Source: Euglena gracilis (lineage: Eukaryota). From it: a DNA stretch of 64,000 bases. The stretch's first letter is position 1. Each line of letters starts with the position of its first letter. The DNA is taken from NCBI GenBank assembly GCA_039621445.1, contig CP154954.1, positions 32,589,455 to 32,653,454 on the forward strand, written 5' to 3'. The position numbers and the translations under genes were made by a program. The notes beneath the pieces were generated by a model. That model was not told the DNA's origin, searched no databases, and saw nothing but the letters and a program-made list of their open reading frames with translations. This document shows positions 1 through 13,657 of the stretch, piece by piece.

Positions 1-3000
1 GGACAGAGTTGGGCAGTTGACAAAATATTTCTGTGCAATCTCAAGGGAACCACCAAATTTTCCACCACTTTCAGGATCCGGCCTAAACTGCATGTTTTTT
101 TTTTGCATGTGATAGCAGAACAGTCATAAAATCGTCAGTGACATGAAATTTGACTTCGGCTATTGACTCGGTGTGATTTTGATGATCCATTTTTTCATGC
201 ATTTTGTTGGAAATCATGTTGACCTTTGGTTTAACATTTTTCCAGCTCTGAGGGTCGGTCGCTGGCTCAATTTGAAACTTATTTTTTTTGCTTCTAATGA
301 AGATGCCCAATTTTCCAAACCCCTGTTAAGGAACCCACCCAAATGTTCTCGGGTCGATTTAGAATTTTGTTTGCTGGTTTTCCAAGACCCATTTTGTCAA
401 CTTTCCTTGTGCCTCATTCACCCCTTGATTCTCTGGCTGCAGAATCCAGTGCCAGCCGCCGACCCTCTGCCCCGAATCGACCCACCGGGGCCCAGTGAGC
501 ATCAGCTCTCTGGCCCCGCCCTCCAGCCCCTGTCGGAATCGCCGTCCTGTGCTTGCGCGTTCCCCTCATGTCCCCCTCCCCCTTCTTTGTTGCGGTCCGA
601 TCGTCCCATTTGCAGCCTCGCCTGCCCCCTCCCCCCTGGCAACCTCCGCCTCAAAGAAGGGAGGACAGAGAAAGACACAGGGAGGGGCAAACACCCACCA
701 ATCAACGCAGAGTAGGTGTTTGGTGTTTTGGACAGGCCAGGCTACCTCCAGCACTGCCCTCCTCCCACCAACCTTGTGGCCTTGTGAGCCGGCTGTTTCC
801 TCTTGAAGGGCAGTTCCCCCCAGCAACCTAGCCCTGAAAAAACTGGGGCAAGACATTGCAGGTTGGCTCCCACCAAACCCCCACCCCGCTATGGCAATTG
901 TAGGAGATGTTTCGGATGAGCTGTGATTATTGTGGGGAACACCTCATGTTGCCTCTGCCAATCTCGTTCTCCGGTTTGACGTCGGGTCAGGTGGGTGGTT
1001 TGGACTCCAACCTGCAACATTCGGGAGGGAGGGCACCAAACCCAAGTGAGTTGCATTTGTCCGTCAATGTGCAAGCATTGGTGGTGGTGGTGGTGGTGGC
1101 GGCGGCAGCAGTGGATGTTATTTAGGGCAAGAAGTCATTGCTGGTTTCTTTGGAAATGAAAACAGCCTGCTCCTGGACTGCCCAAAGCAAGACTGTCCTT
1201 CAGCATCTTTCCACCTTGGTTCAACACTGTACTCGGACGACTGAATGGGGAAGCACTAAGCATATGCATTGTATTTTTCAGCGTATTTCGGGAAGTTTTT
1301 GGCAGGCAACCAAATGCCATGTGTATTCTTGAGGTCAAGGAAGAAATTGTGCGGAAGCCTTTGGGCGCGAAATTTCATACCCAAAAGGTCGTCATTTTAC
1401 ACCTCTGAGGTTGTCACCCTCCACCCACAAAGATATTATCTGGGTCTGTGGGAGAGGGTTGTCTTTTAAAAAATGTAATTCCTCTCTTTGTACCTTCATC
1501 TGCCTGTCACACCATTTTCCTCCTCCATGTGCATTCACCCTGGGAAGGGGCAAGTTTAATGCAATAGCCTGAAGGGAATACTCGGTCAAATATCAAAAAA
1601 TCAAACAAATTCAACATTCAACAATTCAAACGATGAATGTGGAAGCTCAGGCAGTACAACAGTCTTTGTGTTCCTCCGCATTTCCTTCCCTCATTGTGCA
1701 GTGAGAGCAGAGCACTTTTTTTGCCCCCCTCCCATCCTCCTCTATCACGGTCGATGTATGTCGCTGGTGCTGCAGATATCTTACCCTGCACATCCTCACG
1801 AACCTCAGAGGCTTTGGGTGTGACATTGTTGGCTGGTTCTTCCACGCAATGGTTTACAGTTTGCAACGCTGGTAAACCTCCAAATAATTCTGATGTTTTG
1901 TTGTTCAGTGAATGGAGGCATTGGATCACATCAAAATTATCAGTTATCAGTTCAAAATCATTTGACCAAATTACTTTGGGTGGGGTGGGTTGGGAAGGGG
2001 TGAATCAATTCATCAATGGTTTTGGGTCAGCAGTTTTCTGAAACTGAAGGTGACCCTACCCTTGGGGGTCCAGCCATCCAACACTTTTTTTTCCAGCCAG
2101 CATCTCCCAACCAGGCTGCGGACCCCCCCCCCCACTGGGAGGGTCCACTGAAATAATGAAGCTCCTAAATTTTTTGAAAAGGGGTGGAAATGTCCAAATT
2201 TCAGAAAGGAGCCAATAGACCATTTTTTGAAAAAAATTTGGGTTTTCACTTGAAAATTTTGAGCGAAAACCCCAACCCAGCTGGACTTCGGCTTTTTTGC
2301 AATGTTTCATGTGCCCATTGGGTCCGCCTGCCAGCCAGCCGACCCCCCCCCACCCCCACCCCACCCCAAGGGGAGATCCAGCCACCCACGGGACCCCGTC
2401 CTCAGTTTTTGGGTACTGCCCAAATAAGTTTGCTGCGAGGGGGCCAAAAAGTTCAGCTTTGCAGGGGCAAAATTTCTTTTGGGGGAGGTAACTGGATGAC
2501 CCTTTTCCCTGCGCCACAGAAACGGGGGCTGTTGCGACGCACCACCCCCACAGCCCCTGCGATCGCTGTGAAGCCCACGGCACCGTTCTTGTGGCTTGGC
2601 TTCGTCAGGTCCTTCGTATGGCCAGCCACCCTCCTTCTGCTTGTGCCGCCTTCCTTGTTCCACTGTCTGTCCTGGTTTCTGGTTCCTAGTTCCAGTTTGC
2701 CAACATCTGGTGCCATCCGGCTCTTTGCTCCCACTTGTTTTGGCATGGGGATTGGGGAACAAAAAAATTACCCCGATTTGGCTCACAATCCGGACAAAAT
2801 GACGGGGGGATGACGGAAATGACTGGGAAAAATGATGCGAAAATAATGGTAAGTATTCGGTTTTCCTTCATTTTGTTTCCGCCATTTTTGTCTCCTAACA
2901 CACATCCCAACACACATCCCAACACAAAACCCAACTCAAATCCTAAAAGCAAGAAATTTTTTAATTCCTGTTGTCCAATTACGGCTTCCGCGGCCAATCT

Positions 3001-4814
3001 CGGTGTCCCCTGCCCCGGTGGGGGGCCAACAACTTTGGCACAGAAGGGGCATCTTTGACAATTTTGTTGAACAAAATTTTTATTGGGATTTTTTCTGCCA
3101 ATGAGGCTGGAGGATTGGGGCAAATTCAACAAGACTGCCAAACTGCCTGCAAGTTTGGCTCCATAAATTGGCGTAAATTGGCATTCTGCCCTAATTTGTG
3201 ATCTTGGCCCATTTTGGGGGGGGATTGTTGTTGCAAAAATACTCCACACTGCATAGTTTCGCTGTTCCTGACGACTGCTTGTATCATATGATAGCTCTGG
3301 TATACGCATCGTACAAAATTCCCCTATGTAAAGCCCCTTTTTCCGAACACTTCGGGAGACCTTGTTTTGGCACCAGATCAAACGTAGTGCGCGTGCAATG
3401 CATGCGAAGCCTTTGGCAGTGCCTTGGCGGCGGAGCATTGCTTTAGCCAGGAATTCGCATTTAACGTCCGTTTTCAAAGGTATTTCAATTTTTTTCAGAG
3501 AGTGATGGTCGAACATGTTGGAGATATGGTGGTGACAAGTTGGGTCACGTTTTGGTAAAATGGGCCAAAAACAGCCCTAGGGTGTCGTGTTTCCAGGTTT
3601 TTGGGATTCTGCATCATGGTTGTAATTTGCCCCTAAAAACCGTCCCAAAATTTACACTAACGTGCTTTTAAGACTGAAATCTCAACAGCCAAACTTTTTT
3701 ACGGGGCAAAATGACAACTTTTTTTTTGAGATCCGGTGCCGAAAAGTTGGGTCAAATTGCGAAAAATGGCCCTGAAAAGCCCGTATGTTCTTATGCCCTC
3801 CACAGCTTCGGTGACCGGCACCAGGTGTTACAAGTAGCTATGAAATGACCAGGATATTAAAAGAGCATTGGTGGGGAAGGAGGGTGCGACCCCCCGTTTC
3901 AGTAGGGGCAGCAACCGGGTTGCATCTTGCATCACCCCCCCCAGGACTGCAAAACCTTAGAGGGATCTTGCATTCTTTGGCGCCAGGAGGAGGTGCTTCT
4001 CACTGCTCCTTGCTGCCCATTATTTTTGGTAGTGCCATGGGGGAGGGTTCATTTCCAAATGCAAATTGCAACACCAAACGTTTTATTTTGAAAAGTGCTT
4101 TCGAGCCTGAAGGCCGCAGCTCTGCGAGGCGTTGCAGAACCAGCCGTTGTGCCAGGCATGGCGGGGATCTGTGATAGAGCCTTGATGCCGCCATCCACCA
4201 CCACCACCGACTGCAAAGGCTGCCCCCTGCCCGAACGCTGCAGAACCCTCAGAGCGGTCTCTGGCTGGTGCCCGACGTGCGGCGGCTGCCCCGCGGCATA
4301 CCGCTCTGTCCGGCCCAGTTTCCCCGCCGCCAGTGGGCTGACAGGGCTTGGACCTGTGCCCTCCCGGGGTGGGGGCTACTCCAGCCAGTGATGACTCAGC
4401 CCGCTAAAGACAAGCAGAATGAGACAAGGACAAGCAGAATGAGAGTACAAACGTGGTACAGAGACAGATGACGGATATGTGCCGTGTCAGCTGAAGAAAT
4501 GGTTTGATGAACAACATTGGGATATTGGGATAATGATTGGGGATGTGATGGGTGCATCCTCCCCCCCTTGTCCAAGCCACAGCGTGTCATTGACACACTC
4601 CCTGTATCAACGGCGCATTTTCGAGACACATTTTCTTTTCATTTGAGCACAATGTTTTTGGTAAGGTTTTTTTTGGCACCCTCACTCCGTCAGCGGAACG
4701 CACTGGTGCTTCTTGAACACGGGAGGTAGGTGTGCAGCCCCCTCCCAGAACGTTTCCATAAAGGACTCTCCCAACCAGTCTTTTATTTAAGGGTTCACAG
4801 TGCTACCTGGGGGG

Positions 4815-5715
4815 GGGGCAGGGCAGAACGGGAATCGGCCGAACAGCCAGGGTGGTGGGTGGGGGGGGGGTCGACCCCCCCACCCCCTGCATGGTGGGGG
4901 GGGGGGGTCAACCACCCCCCCACCACCTCTTCCCGTATTTCCGGGGGCACCAATTTTTGGACCCGAAAAAAATTTTCCGACGCCTTCGGCACCGGGTGTT
5001 TTTTTTTACCCATTTTGGGACCCGTATCGGCCCCCCCCACCCGAAAACCACCCAAAGCCCCATTTTTTCACACCTTCCAAAAATTCGACATTTTCTCAAA
5101 ATATTGATTTTGAGAGGTTTTTGAAGCAAAAAAAATGCCATTGAAAGTCCAAAAAAAGTTCAACGAGAAAAAAATGTCAGTAAAATTTGACTGTGCCAAA
5201 ATTTTGTCCACTTTTTTTGACCTTCGTTTTTTTCACCCCCCTCCTAAAAGTACCAGTTTTTAGGACGGAAAATTTTGAGTTTTTTTGTTAAAAAAAAATG
5301 TGGTTTTCCATCAAAAAATCTTGTGTTTTGGGTTCATTTTTCAAAAAAAATTCAAAAAAATTTCTGGCCAAAATCGTTGTTTTCCCGAAATCGGTGAAAA
5401 TGCTGTGGTGGGTGGGGGGTCGACCCACCCCCCCACCTCCCGGGTTGGGGGAGGTCAACCCCCCCACCAGGCCTTCCCGTATTTCCGGGGGCACCAATTT
5501 TTGGACCCGAAATTTTCCGACTTCCCCCGGGTGTTTTTTTTTACCCATGACTTGACCCGGGCCCCCCCCAAAACCCAAAAAGCCCCATTTTAATTTTTTT
5601 TGAGAGGTTTTGAAGCAAAAAAAATGCCATTTCCAAAAAAAGTTCAACGAGAAAAATGCAAAAATTCTGTGCCAATTTTTTTGTCGTTTTTTCACCCCCC
5701 TCCTAAAAGTACCCA
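4815..5715. repeat. Dispersed/tandem repeat family R1 (two related units with G-run/GTCGAC/C-run palindromes)
   Basis: Units with GGTGGGTG(G)nTCGAC(C)n, TTTCCGGGGGCACCAATTTTTGGACCC and CCTCCTAAAAGTA recur at ~4850, ~5405, ~8290 and ~9588; boundaries approximate. Confidence 0.7.
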
Positions 5716-5811
5716 TTTGTGTTCATTCTTGTGTTTTTTTCGTTTTTCTGGCCAAAATCGTCGAAATCCGACACCAAACCCACCGCATTTTTTTTTTTTT
5801 TTTTTAAAATC

Positions 5812-5853
<42 letters not shown>

Positions 5854-5854
5854 T

Positions 5855-6067
5855 CCCCCCCCCCCCTTGTCGTACGACCACCCCTCATTTATGACCACCC
5901 CCCGGTCACAGGTTGCAGGTTGCGAAAAATTTAACACCACCTTACCTACGACCGCCCCCTCATTTACGACCACCCCCCGGTCACAGGTTGCAGGTCATGG
6001 GGGTGTTACGACCCCCCCCCCCCGGTCACAGGTTGCAGGAACCCGGTCATACGACAAAGGGGGGGGG
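5855..6067. mobile_element. MITE family R2, copy 1
   Basis: Terminal inverted repeats (C)nTTGTCGTACGACC / GGTCATACGACAAA(G)n; 3 internal CCCCGGTCACAGGTTGCAGG repeats; TA at right flank. Confidence 0.7.
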
Positions 6068-8659
6068 TAAGGCATTTTCAAATTTTGAAGAATTTTTAAG
6101 GTGTCTATTTTTCATGGGCGGTCAAAGAGCCATCTGGGGCATCGAACCAACGTTGGTCCAGGTTGAAAATCAAACACTTTTTTTTTGAGTTTTGAGTGGA
6201 TATACAATGTTCCGCCAATGCCAGAAATCGTTTTTAGGCCTTTTTTTTTGCCGAGATTTTGCGACTTTTTTTTGTGAAAATTCGAAATATTTTCGACGAC
6301 CAGTTTTTTAAGGTTTTTAAGGTTTTCAAGGCATTTTGGCCAAAGATTTTTCAGGCATTTTTTAAAGGTTTTTTAAGGTTTTTTAAGGCGCCTTAAAGAA
6401 AATAATGCTTCACCACAGACCCCCCCCCTGTGTGCACTGTGTCACTGTGACTAGAAAGACCGTCCGGGGGGTCTTTCTGGTCCATTTTTCCAGTATATAG
6501 CAAACTGGCTAGCCAGTGGACCCCCCCCAGGTCCTCAAGCAATAATCTGCTCCCAACTCTCCCAAATTGATACACCCCCACGTGTGACAAATCAAAACTA
6601 AGGTGGGAAATTCCATTTCAAAACAGCATTCTATCTTTGGTGTTGATACTGGTTCAATTTCATTGTATTTGCCAAAACATATTGTTGTTGTTTCAAGAAG
6701 CAGAAATAAAGTGTCGGGTTGGTAAAAATATAACAGAAGATAAAATAAAATAAAGAAAGAAGCCAAAATATGCAGTGTCAGGGATGTGAATTTTTAGAAA
6801 TGAAGCAAAGAATTGTTGTTATTTTGACTGAAATTTCCACCAAGTATCATTTTCCCTAAATAACATTCCTCCCCCAGCACCCAAGTTTTGCATGTCTACA
6901 CCCTGATGGTGGGGCTTTAAACTGTTCCCCCTTTCCAAACCAACCACCTTCTGATGAGCAAGAAGTTTTGTATATCAACTTACGTTGGCAGTTGCTCATA
7001 TTTTTTTCCAAAAAAGACAATAAATAAACAAAAAGAGTGGTCTTTTGTTTCCCGGGGGAACTGAGCATGTATATATACATAAAGTTGGTTTGGTCAAAAA
7101 TAGGTGCAAAAAAAAGGTCCAAACTATTTAACAATTTTAAGACCCCCCGATTTTCCTACTTTTTTTTTAGGATTTCGTCCCAATGCGCATGCAAAGTTGG
7201 CCCCCCCCCCCAAACGACCTTCGCCCGCCATTTTTAGGCTTTTTTGGCTTATGTTGCGCATGGCCCTCCGAAATTCTTTCAATAATGCAACCCAACGCAA
7301 ATTTTGAGCTGGACAGCCCACTTTCGAACCGTTTGTGAGAACCCAAAACCTTACACTGAAATTTTGATGACCAGCATTTCTTCACATCAAAATGCCCCCC
7401 CCCCCCCGCCCCCCACCCCAGCGCTTGGTCTGGGACTTGGTTGAAGGTAAGGCCGGGGGGGGGATCTTGGAGGGCCAAGTTTGCATGAGTGCCGTTTCTG
7501 TGTTTCCCCCTTTCCACCTGCTGGATGGCCCTGTTTCAGAGATCCTCACAGCATTCACAGAGACCCTGAGTTTTCCAGTCTTCACATATTGAACCCCCCC
7601 CTGATAGGAACCGCAGGCCCAGCCGTTCTCGCATCCCCCGGTTTGGAGTTTGCGTGTGAGTGTGAGCTTTGGCTTGAGCTTTAGCTGTGTGAGCCTTGCC
7701 ATGCGGCAGGGCCCACAACTCTGGCAGTCCCCCGGCCCCGCTCACTGGCATCCCCATCCCCCTACCACGTTCCCCTCCCTCCCCCCCCCCGCCCTCCCGT
7801 CCGACACCCGGGGCTCTCCCCTCCCCCTCCCCCTCCCCTCCTTTGCCTTCCCCATCCCCCCATCCCCCCCATCCGCCAGCGTGCCCTCACCTGTTTTTTC
7901 TTCCAATGTCCAATGTCCTAATGTCTGGTCATCTCTGCCTTCTTGTGTGCTCCCCAGACAGCAACACTGTACCTCAGCAACCCCTTCAGGCTGGTGGACT
8001 TCCTGTTGCACACCCTGCACATCGCTCTGGGGGTCAGTTATTTGGGCCCATGCCCTAAGGATGTCGGTGGGCAGCTGCGACAGCGCATTGGCCTCTCAAC
8101 GAACAGAACTGAACTCAGTTTTTCCGGCGTTGATGCGCTCCTGGGAAGTTCCAACAACTGACGTTGTCTCAAACCACCTTTCCCTGCCCAAAAACGGGTG
8201 TGAGCCAACAAGCATTTTCCCCAAGCCCTCTGGCTTGGGGAAAATTTTTGTTCCATAACCAGGGCCAGGGCAGACGGCAATCGGCCAGGGTGGTGGGTGG
8301 GGGGTCGACCACCGCCCCCCCCCCCTCCATGGTTGGTGGGGGGGTCGACCCCCCCACCACCTCTTCCCCTATTTCCGGGAGCACCAACTTTGGACCCCAA
8401 ATTTTTTTCCCAGCGCCTTTGGCGCCGGGGGTATTTTGGACTTTTGGGATCCATATAGGACGTCCCCCCAAAAACCCCATTTTTTCACACCTTCCAAAAT
8501 TTCAACATTCAAAATTTTGATTTTGACACGTTTTGGAAGCAAGAAATGCCATTGAAAATCCAAAAAATTCCAAGAGAAAAAATCTCACTAAAATTTGATT
8601 GTGCCAAAATTTGGTCCGATTTTTTTAACCAAATTTTTTCACCTCCTCCTAAAAAAGTA

Positions 8660-9427
8660 ACACCCCCCCAAATATAAAGCCCCCCCAAATATAAAGCCCC
8701 CCCGACGTGGAGCCAGACGCTGGTGTTGTTCAGAAAAGTACCCCCCCCCTAGTCGTACGACCACCCCTCATTTATGGCCACCCCCCGGTCACAGGTTGCA
8801 GGTCATGGGGGTGTTATGACCACCCCCCCCCCGGTCACAGGTTGCAGGTTGCGAGGAAAAATTTAACCCCCAAAAATAAGTCCCCCCCCTGGCCGGTCCG
8901 AGCAAAAATCCATGAAATGGACCCCCCCAGAATAAGGTCCCCCCTGCCGGCGCAAAGCGCCGGATTTTTGAAAAATGGGACATTTTGGGGGGTAAATCTG
9001 CCATTTTGGGACAGTTTTCACACACTTCTACGACCGCCCCCTCATCTATGACCACCCCCCGGTCACAGGTTGCAGGTTATGGGGGTGTTATGACCACCCC
9101 CCCCGGTCACAGGTTGCAGGAACCCGGTCATACGACTAGGGGGGGGGGTATGAAAATTTTGGGTGGATACAACATTTTGTCATCAGAGGTGCTCCATTTT
9201 GGATAAGAGTTGCACATTTCTGTAAAAATGGGAGGTACACAACAAAATTTGGCATAAAATTGGTGTTTGGCCAATTGAAGGCCGCCGAAGGTCATAGAGG
9301 CCACCCGAAATAGTTTGAATTTTCCCCCCAAATATAAAGGCGCCCCCAAATATAAAGCCCCCCCCCCCTGAGGGTCTTGAAATCCTGTCCAAATATAAAG
9401 CCGGGGGGTCTTTATATTTGGGGGGTT
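8660..9427. mobile_element. MITE family R3
   Basis: Ends CCCCCCAAATATAAAG / CTTTATATTTGGGGGG are inverted; the same motif repeats subterminally; inserted at the TA of R1. Confidence 0.6.
8741..9148. mobile_element. MITE family R2, copy 2 (TA TSD, Tc1/mariner-like)
   Basis: TA|CCCCCCCCCTAGTCGTACGACC ... GGTCATACGACTAGGGGGGGGGG|TA; 4 internal CCGGTCACAGGTTGCAGG repeats. Confidence 0.8.
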
Positions 9428-10705
9428 CACCAATTTTTAAAACCTGAAGTTTTTGAGGTTTTTTTGAAAAAAATGTGGTTTTCCATATATAAAAAAAATC
9501 ATGCATTTTGGGTTCCTTTTTCAAAAAAAAAATCAAAAATTTTCCCCGCCCAATATCCCCATTTTCCCAAAATTGGTGGAAATGCTGTGGTGGTTGGGGG
9601 GGGGGGGTCGACCCACCCCCCCCACCCATTCCATCCCGTTCTGCCTGCACAGGGCACCCCTGCTTCTTTCCGCCCATCCCATTTTTCTGGGGGTGCCAAG
9701 TCTTTGGTCAAATTTTCCTTCAGCACCGAAGGAATTTTCCCTTGCAAAGGCGCCACATATCGTGGGTAGGTGGGTGGATCGACCTCGCTGGCCAAGGCAA
9801 ACGGAAGGGTGCAGGTGAAAGGTGACAGGGGCTTTTTTTTGTCCTCATTTTCTTCCCCTGAAAAAAAATGGAACAATCAACCTCCACCAGGGGGGGGTGC
9901 ATTTGGAGGTTTCTTGGCTTTGAACAAAAAAGCTTCCAACAAAAGCGAAGCTTGCTTGTTGTTGTTGTTGAGGTGAAGAGAGAAGAGGGTGGGCACACTT
10001 GGCCCCGAGCAGTCACAATGGACCGTCAAAGCGGCGGCTTGTGCACGATTGAAAGGATGGTTGGGATTCTCTTTTATTTCCCCAGAGAACAGTTTCAAGG
10101 ATTTTTGGACTTTTCCCAGCAAGCAACGAAAGTCCAGCCGATCCAATCCCACAGCCCTTCTCCCCCTCGGTGGCCGCCCCGAGCGCCAAGGCCACCCCGG
10201 TCGCTTCTCTGCATCTCCCTTAGACAGGGCCTGACCGAGGCAAGCCAGCCAAATTAAACGCTGTATCCCCCCAGCTTCTCGCATTATTTCTGTTTCAAAA
10301 TCATTTTTCAAGCAACAATCGCAGAGCCCTGTCTTTTGTGGCCTGCCTCGTTCCCCTGCCAATGGTTGGCATCATATATCATCCAGACGATCGCCTTGCT
10401 TTTGACCCTGGCAATCGTCCACCACATCTGCTTTTCAGACAATCAGCAACGCCGATGAGTTCCCAAACCCTTGCCCCCAACCTTGCATAGCAACCCCACG
10501 AGCCATCAATGCAGGCTATTGGCAAATCCAGCCCCTTTTGAGACGGATCAGGGTGTGGGCCGGGGGGGTGCTTCCGCACCACGTGCACCGCGTGGCGCAC
10601 CGCGTGAGAAGAATCATCTCCGGATGTTCAATTTTCACAAATTTCCACCAGAACCCCATCTGTAGTTGATTTCCATTCTTTTTTGTCTGGTTTCCTCCTA
10701 ATCAG

Positions 10706-10950
10706 CACTTTTGGCCTTTTTGGGCCTTTTTTTTGCCATTTTGGACCACTTTTGGCCACTTTTGGCCATTTTGAGCTGCATTTGGCAATTTAGACCATTT
10801 TTGGCTGTTTGAATGCATATTTGTTTCATTTATGCCATTTTTGGCTCCTTCTGGCTGTTTTTCCGCATTTGTGGCCATTTTAGGCCACTTCTCACTGCCT
10901 TCAGCCACTTTTTTGCCCCTTTTTGGCCACTTTTGGCCATTTTGCGGCCA
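10706..10950. repeat. Degenerate ~10-11 bp minisatellite (TTTTGGCCAY)n
   Basis: Repeated ttttggccac/ttttggccat units. Confidence 0.7.
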
Positions 10951-11243
10951 CTGGCACAGATTCGGTGACGTCTGGTGGAAAAACCAGGTGGATTTGGTCA
11001 CCTGGTTTGATTTGATTGATTTGGTCACACCTGAAAAATACCAAATTCACTCAAAATGCTGTGGCATTGCAATTTTTTAATCGATGGGCACTTTTGTGGG
11101 TGTTTTTCTCTTACTCAGTCATTTTAGGTTTTACCAGATTCGCACCCCCTCCCGGAAATGCCCGAAACATGAGTTTTGCCCATAAGGCCTCGGGATCCCG
11201 AAAAGTCCTGACAGTTGCGGCCGGCAGGGTGGAGCACTAAAAA

Positions 11244-11599
11244 TCGTACTCCCTCGAGGAAAACCGACAAGGGAGGAAGGGACACCGAGGGCGAAGCACA
11301 AAGACCTTGTGAATCCATGCCTTGCTCGCCGGCGGGATTCTTCTGGTGCGCTTGGTTAGGAGGTCCTGCTCAGTGCCGCCTCGCCGGGGCTGCCTGACGA
11401 TGCTGCTCCGACTGGGCGACGTGGCTTCTTGCCCCTGGGGGGTGTCCCCCCCCTCTCCCCCCCTGGCCCCCACTCTCTGACCGAGGGCTTTTGAACCCAA
11501 ATTTTCTTTTACGGCCGGGGGGTCGGGCTCACAATGTCCTTGTCCTCCGCCCTCGGTGTCCCTTCATCCCTGGTCGGCTTGCCTCGAGGGAGTACGAGA
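11244..11599. repeat. DIRS terminal inverted repeat pair (11244-11312 / 11528-11599), imperfect
   Basis: tcgtactccctcgagg...ccttgtga versus ctcacaatgtcc...gagggagtacgaga. Confidence 0.85.
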
Positions 11600-11679
11600 C
11601 ACCTCGGGCTCCGCACTTTGCCATTTTGAGGCCAGATTGTGCACTGAAAAAAAGGGGGGGCCAGAGCATTCTCCAAAGA

Positions 11680-12690
11680 ACCTTGTGCTCCAAGTCGTTG
11701 ATAGTGGGCTGCAAAAGCCTCCACCCTCCTTCACTGACCAATATCACAAACTTCTTGGGCAGAAAGGCCCAAACCAACCACTGCCCATCTGGTGGAGTGG
11801 GCCCCCCACACCTGGGGGATACCTCTTGTTTGGCCAAAAAAGTCTTTTGTGATGGAAGCAATGGTGTCTACACTTCTGGCCCTGAAGCGGGGTTTTAATG
11901 AAATAAGGTCTGACGAAAAAACGTGCAGCAGCCACAAAGCACATCATCAAGTGAAATGGGCTTATTTGGGGACACTGGGGAATGGACACAACCCTTTCCC
12001 ACTTATGGAATTTCTGTCCTTTACGCTTAATCTTGATGTAGGGTGCCCTATCCAACACACTGGTGGTTCGTTTGACTTGCGATAAGTCTGAGGGTCGGTA
12101 TAAACAGAGGATTCGTGAGCAAAAAATCAGTTGTATACGCAATGTACAAATATCAGTGGACATGGGCGCCTTTGCCAGCCTCAGGAGGATTGGGAGGGGG
12201 TCCCAAAATGCCCCATACTTCTCCAGGTTTTTCGTTCCAAATCCTCTTGTAGGGGGTTAACAGGGTGTGGAATCTCAGCCCACCAAACCCAGGAATCAAA
12301 GCATAGCACTGTAGGCATTACGGGCTTGGGCCCCGGAAAATTGGAATAATTGAATTGAAGCGTCAGCCACTTGGCCTATGGTGGCTTCAGGGGGGGGGGG
12401 GCACCCCCATGTGTTCTAAAATTACCCACAGAAGTGCAAAAGCGCTCTGATAACGTTTTAAGCTGTGGTTTCTCCCCAGGAAATCGTGAATGGTCTCAAC
12501 CTGAATTTGTTTCCCCTCCAAAACTTGCCTGAGCAAATCATGCAAACCAGGGGCCACCTGGGGGTAGCATTTGCTCCCCTCTGCAGTTGGTGAACATGCC
12601 CCTGTAGGGGGTGATTTTCAGGAAGGAGGTCCCTGGAACTTTCATTTTTATTAATTTGGGCCACCAGGTGGCTGAATCCCAGTAGGGGGT
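11680..12690 (-). pseudogene. DIRS tyrosine recombinase, frameshifted
   Basis: LYRPSDL (R), IKRKG (K), WGAHSTR (HxxR), IGQ, AAHY (catalytic Y, 11701-11703) spread over several frames. Confidence 0.85.
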
Positions 12691-12905
12691 CACCATCAAA
12701 ACTTTGGTCTGGGGAAAAATTTTCACCTGGGTAGAAATTGTTGAATTATTGACGAGGGGGGGTTTGCATAAAGATCCCCCATGTTGTCCAGAGGACATTG
12801 TAATGCATTTGTTGCTGTGGCATCCCAGTGGGGCCTCCTGGCCACAAAATTGGGCAGTTTTTTGTCGCCCGGGGAGGCAAACAAATCTGTTTCCAGACTT
12901 ATGAA
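12458..12905 (-). pseudogene. DIRS Dam-like N6-adenine methyltransferase domain
   Basis: ETDLFASPGDKKLPNF, DLYANPP, VLMVTPYWDSATWW. Confidence 0.8.
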
Positions 12906-12967
12906 ATTTGTGAACTGTTGTGTTTGAGCCATTGAAAAATTTTGGGGTCTAAAGAATAATCCCCCCT

Positions 12968-13645
12968 TGTGCGCGGTCCGAGGGTGCCCGCCCCAAGGAG
13001 GGGTCCCAAGGGGGCCCAAAGGGGCCACGAAGGGCCGCGAGGGGGCACCAAGGCCCCCACGGGCCTTTTGAGACCACACTGGCCCCAAAGGGGGCCCCAC
13101 AGCCCATTTTGACCAAGCCAAGGGAAGGTAAAGGAGGGGGCAGGTTGAGGGGGCCAACAGGCAACCCCCAAGGGGATGCGCAAGCCCTGCTGGGCTTTGC
13201 GCATGCATGCGCACCCCCTTGGTGGGCGCTCAGATGGCGCAATTCATTAAGAATTGCGCAAAGTATACCAAGTAGCCCCCCCCAGCTGTAGCCCCCCTCC
13301 AATTGTACATTTTCTGTTCACAGGGCTCTGTTCACACTCTGTCATTGTGTTCACCAATTGTTTTCTTGCAAGTCAATTCAAGGACTAATCAAGGAAATAC
13401 AAATAACAAATTTCAAGTTCAAGTCTCATTGATCAAGAATTCAAGTTCATTTGTTGAGACAAAAGCATGTCTTTTACCCATTATTCAACATCTCCATCTA
13501 CACCAACACCCACCCCTACCCTACTTTTTCAACAAGGGGAAAACCCCCACCAGGTGGGCCCGACGGGCTCAAATTTTAACGATCCCACGCGGGTTGCGCC
13601 GCCAGGGGTCCCTTCACAGGGACCTCAGGAGGGGCAACCCTTACA
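12968..13645 (+). repeat. Element B 5' LTR
   Basis: TGTGCGCGG...CCTTACA, repeated at 44182 and 55009. Confidence 0.95.
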
Positions 13646-13657
13646 TGGTAGCAGAGG
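13646..13657 (+). promoter_or_regulatory. Element B primer-binding site (initiator tRNA-Met type)
   Basis: TGGTAGCAGAGG immediately after the LTR, complementary to the eukaryotic tRNAiMet 3' end CCUCUGCUACCA. Confidence 0.9.

Larger units (their letters stand above)
8262..9627. repeat. R1 repeat copy split by MITE insertions
   Basis: 8262-8659 plus 9428-9627 is colinear with ~4815-5435 once 8660-9427 is removed. Confidence 0.65.
11244..12967 (-). mobile_element. DIRS-like retrotransposon, minus-strand copy, 3' part (Dam-MT, tyrosine recombinase, terminal repeats)
   Basis: Reverse-complement match to ~58840-60592; continues at 44862/55686 after element B. Confidence 0.9.

Noticed and set aside
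5855-9148. CRISPR-like array of CCGGTCACAGGTTGCAGG repeats
   Set aside because: Irregular spacing, non-unique spacers, no cas genes; explained as MITE subterminal repeats
1-11243. Host protein-coding genes among the many short ORFs
   Set aside because: Low-complexity translations of homopolymer-rich repeats; no recognisable domain. Small exons cannot be excluded
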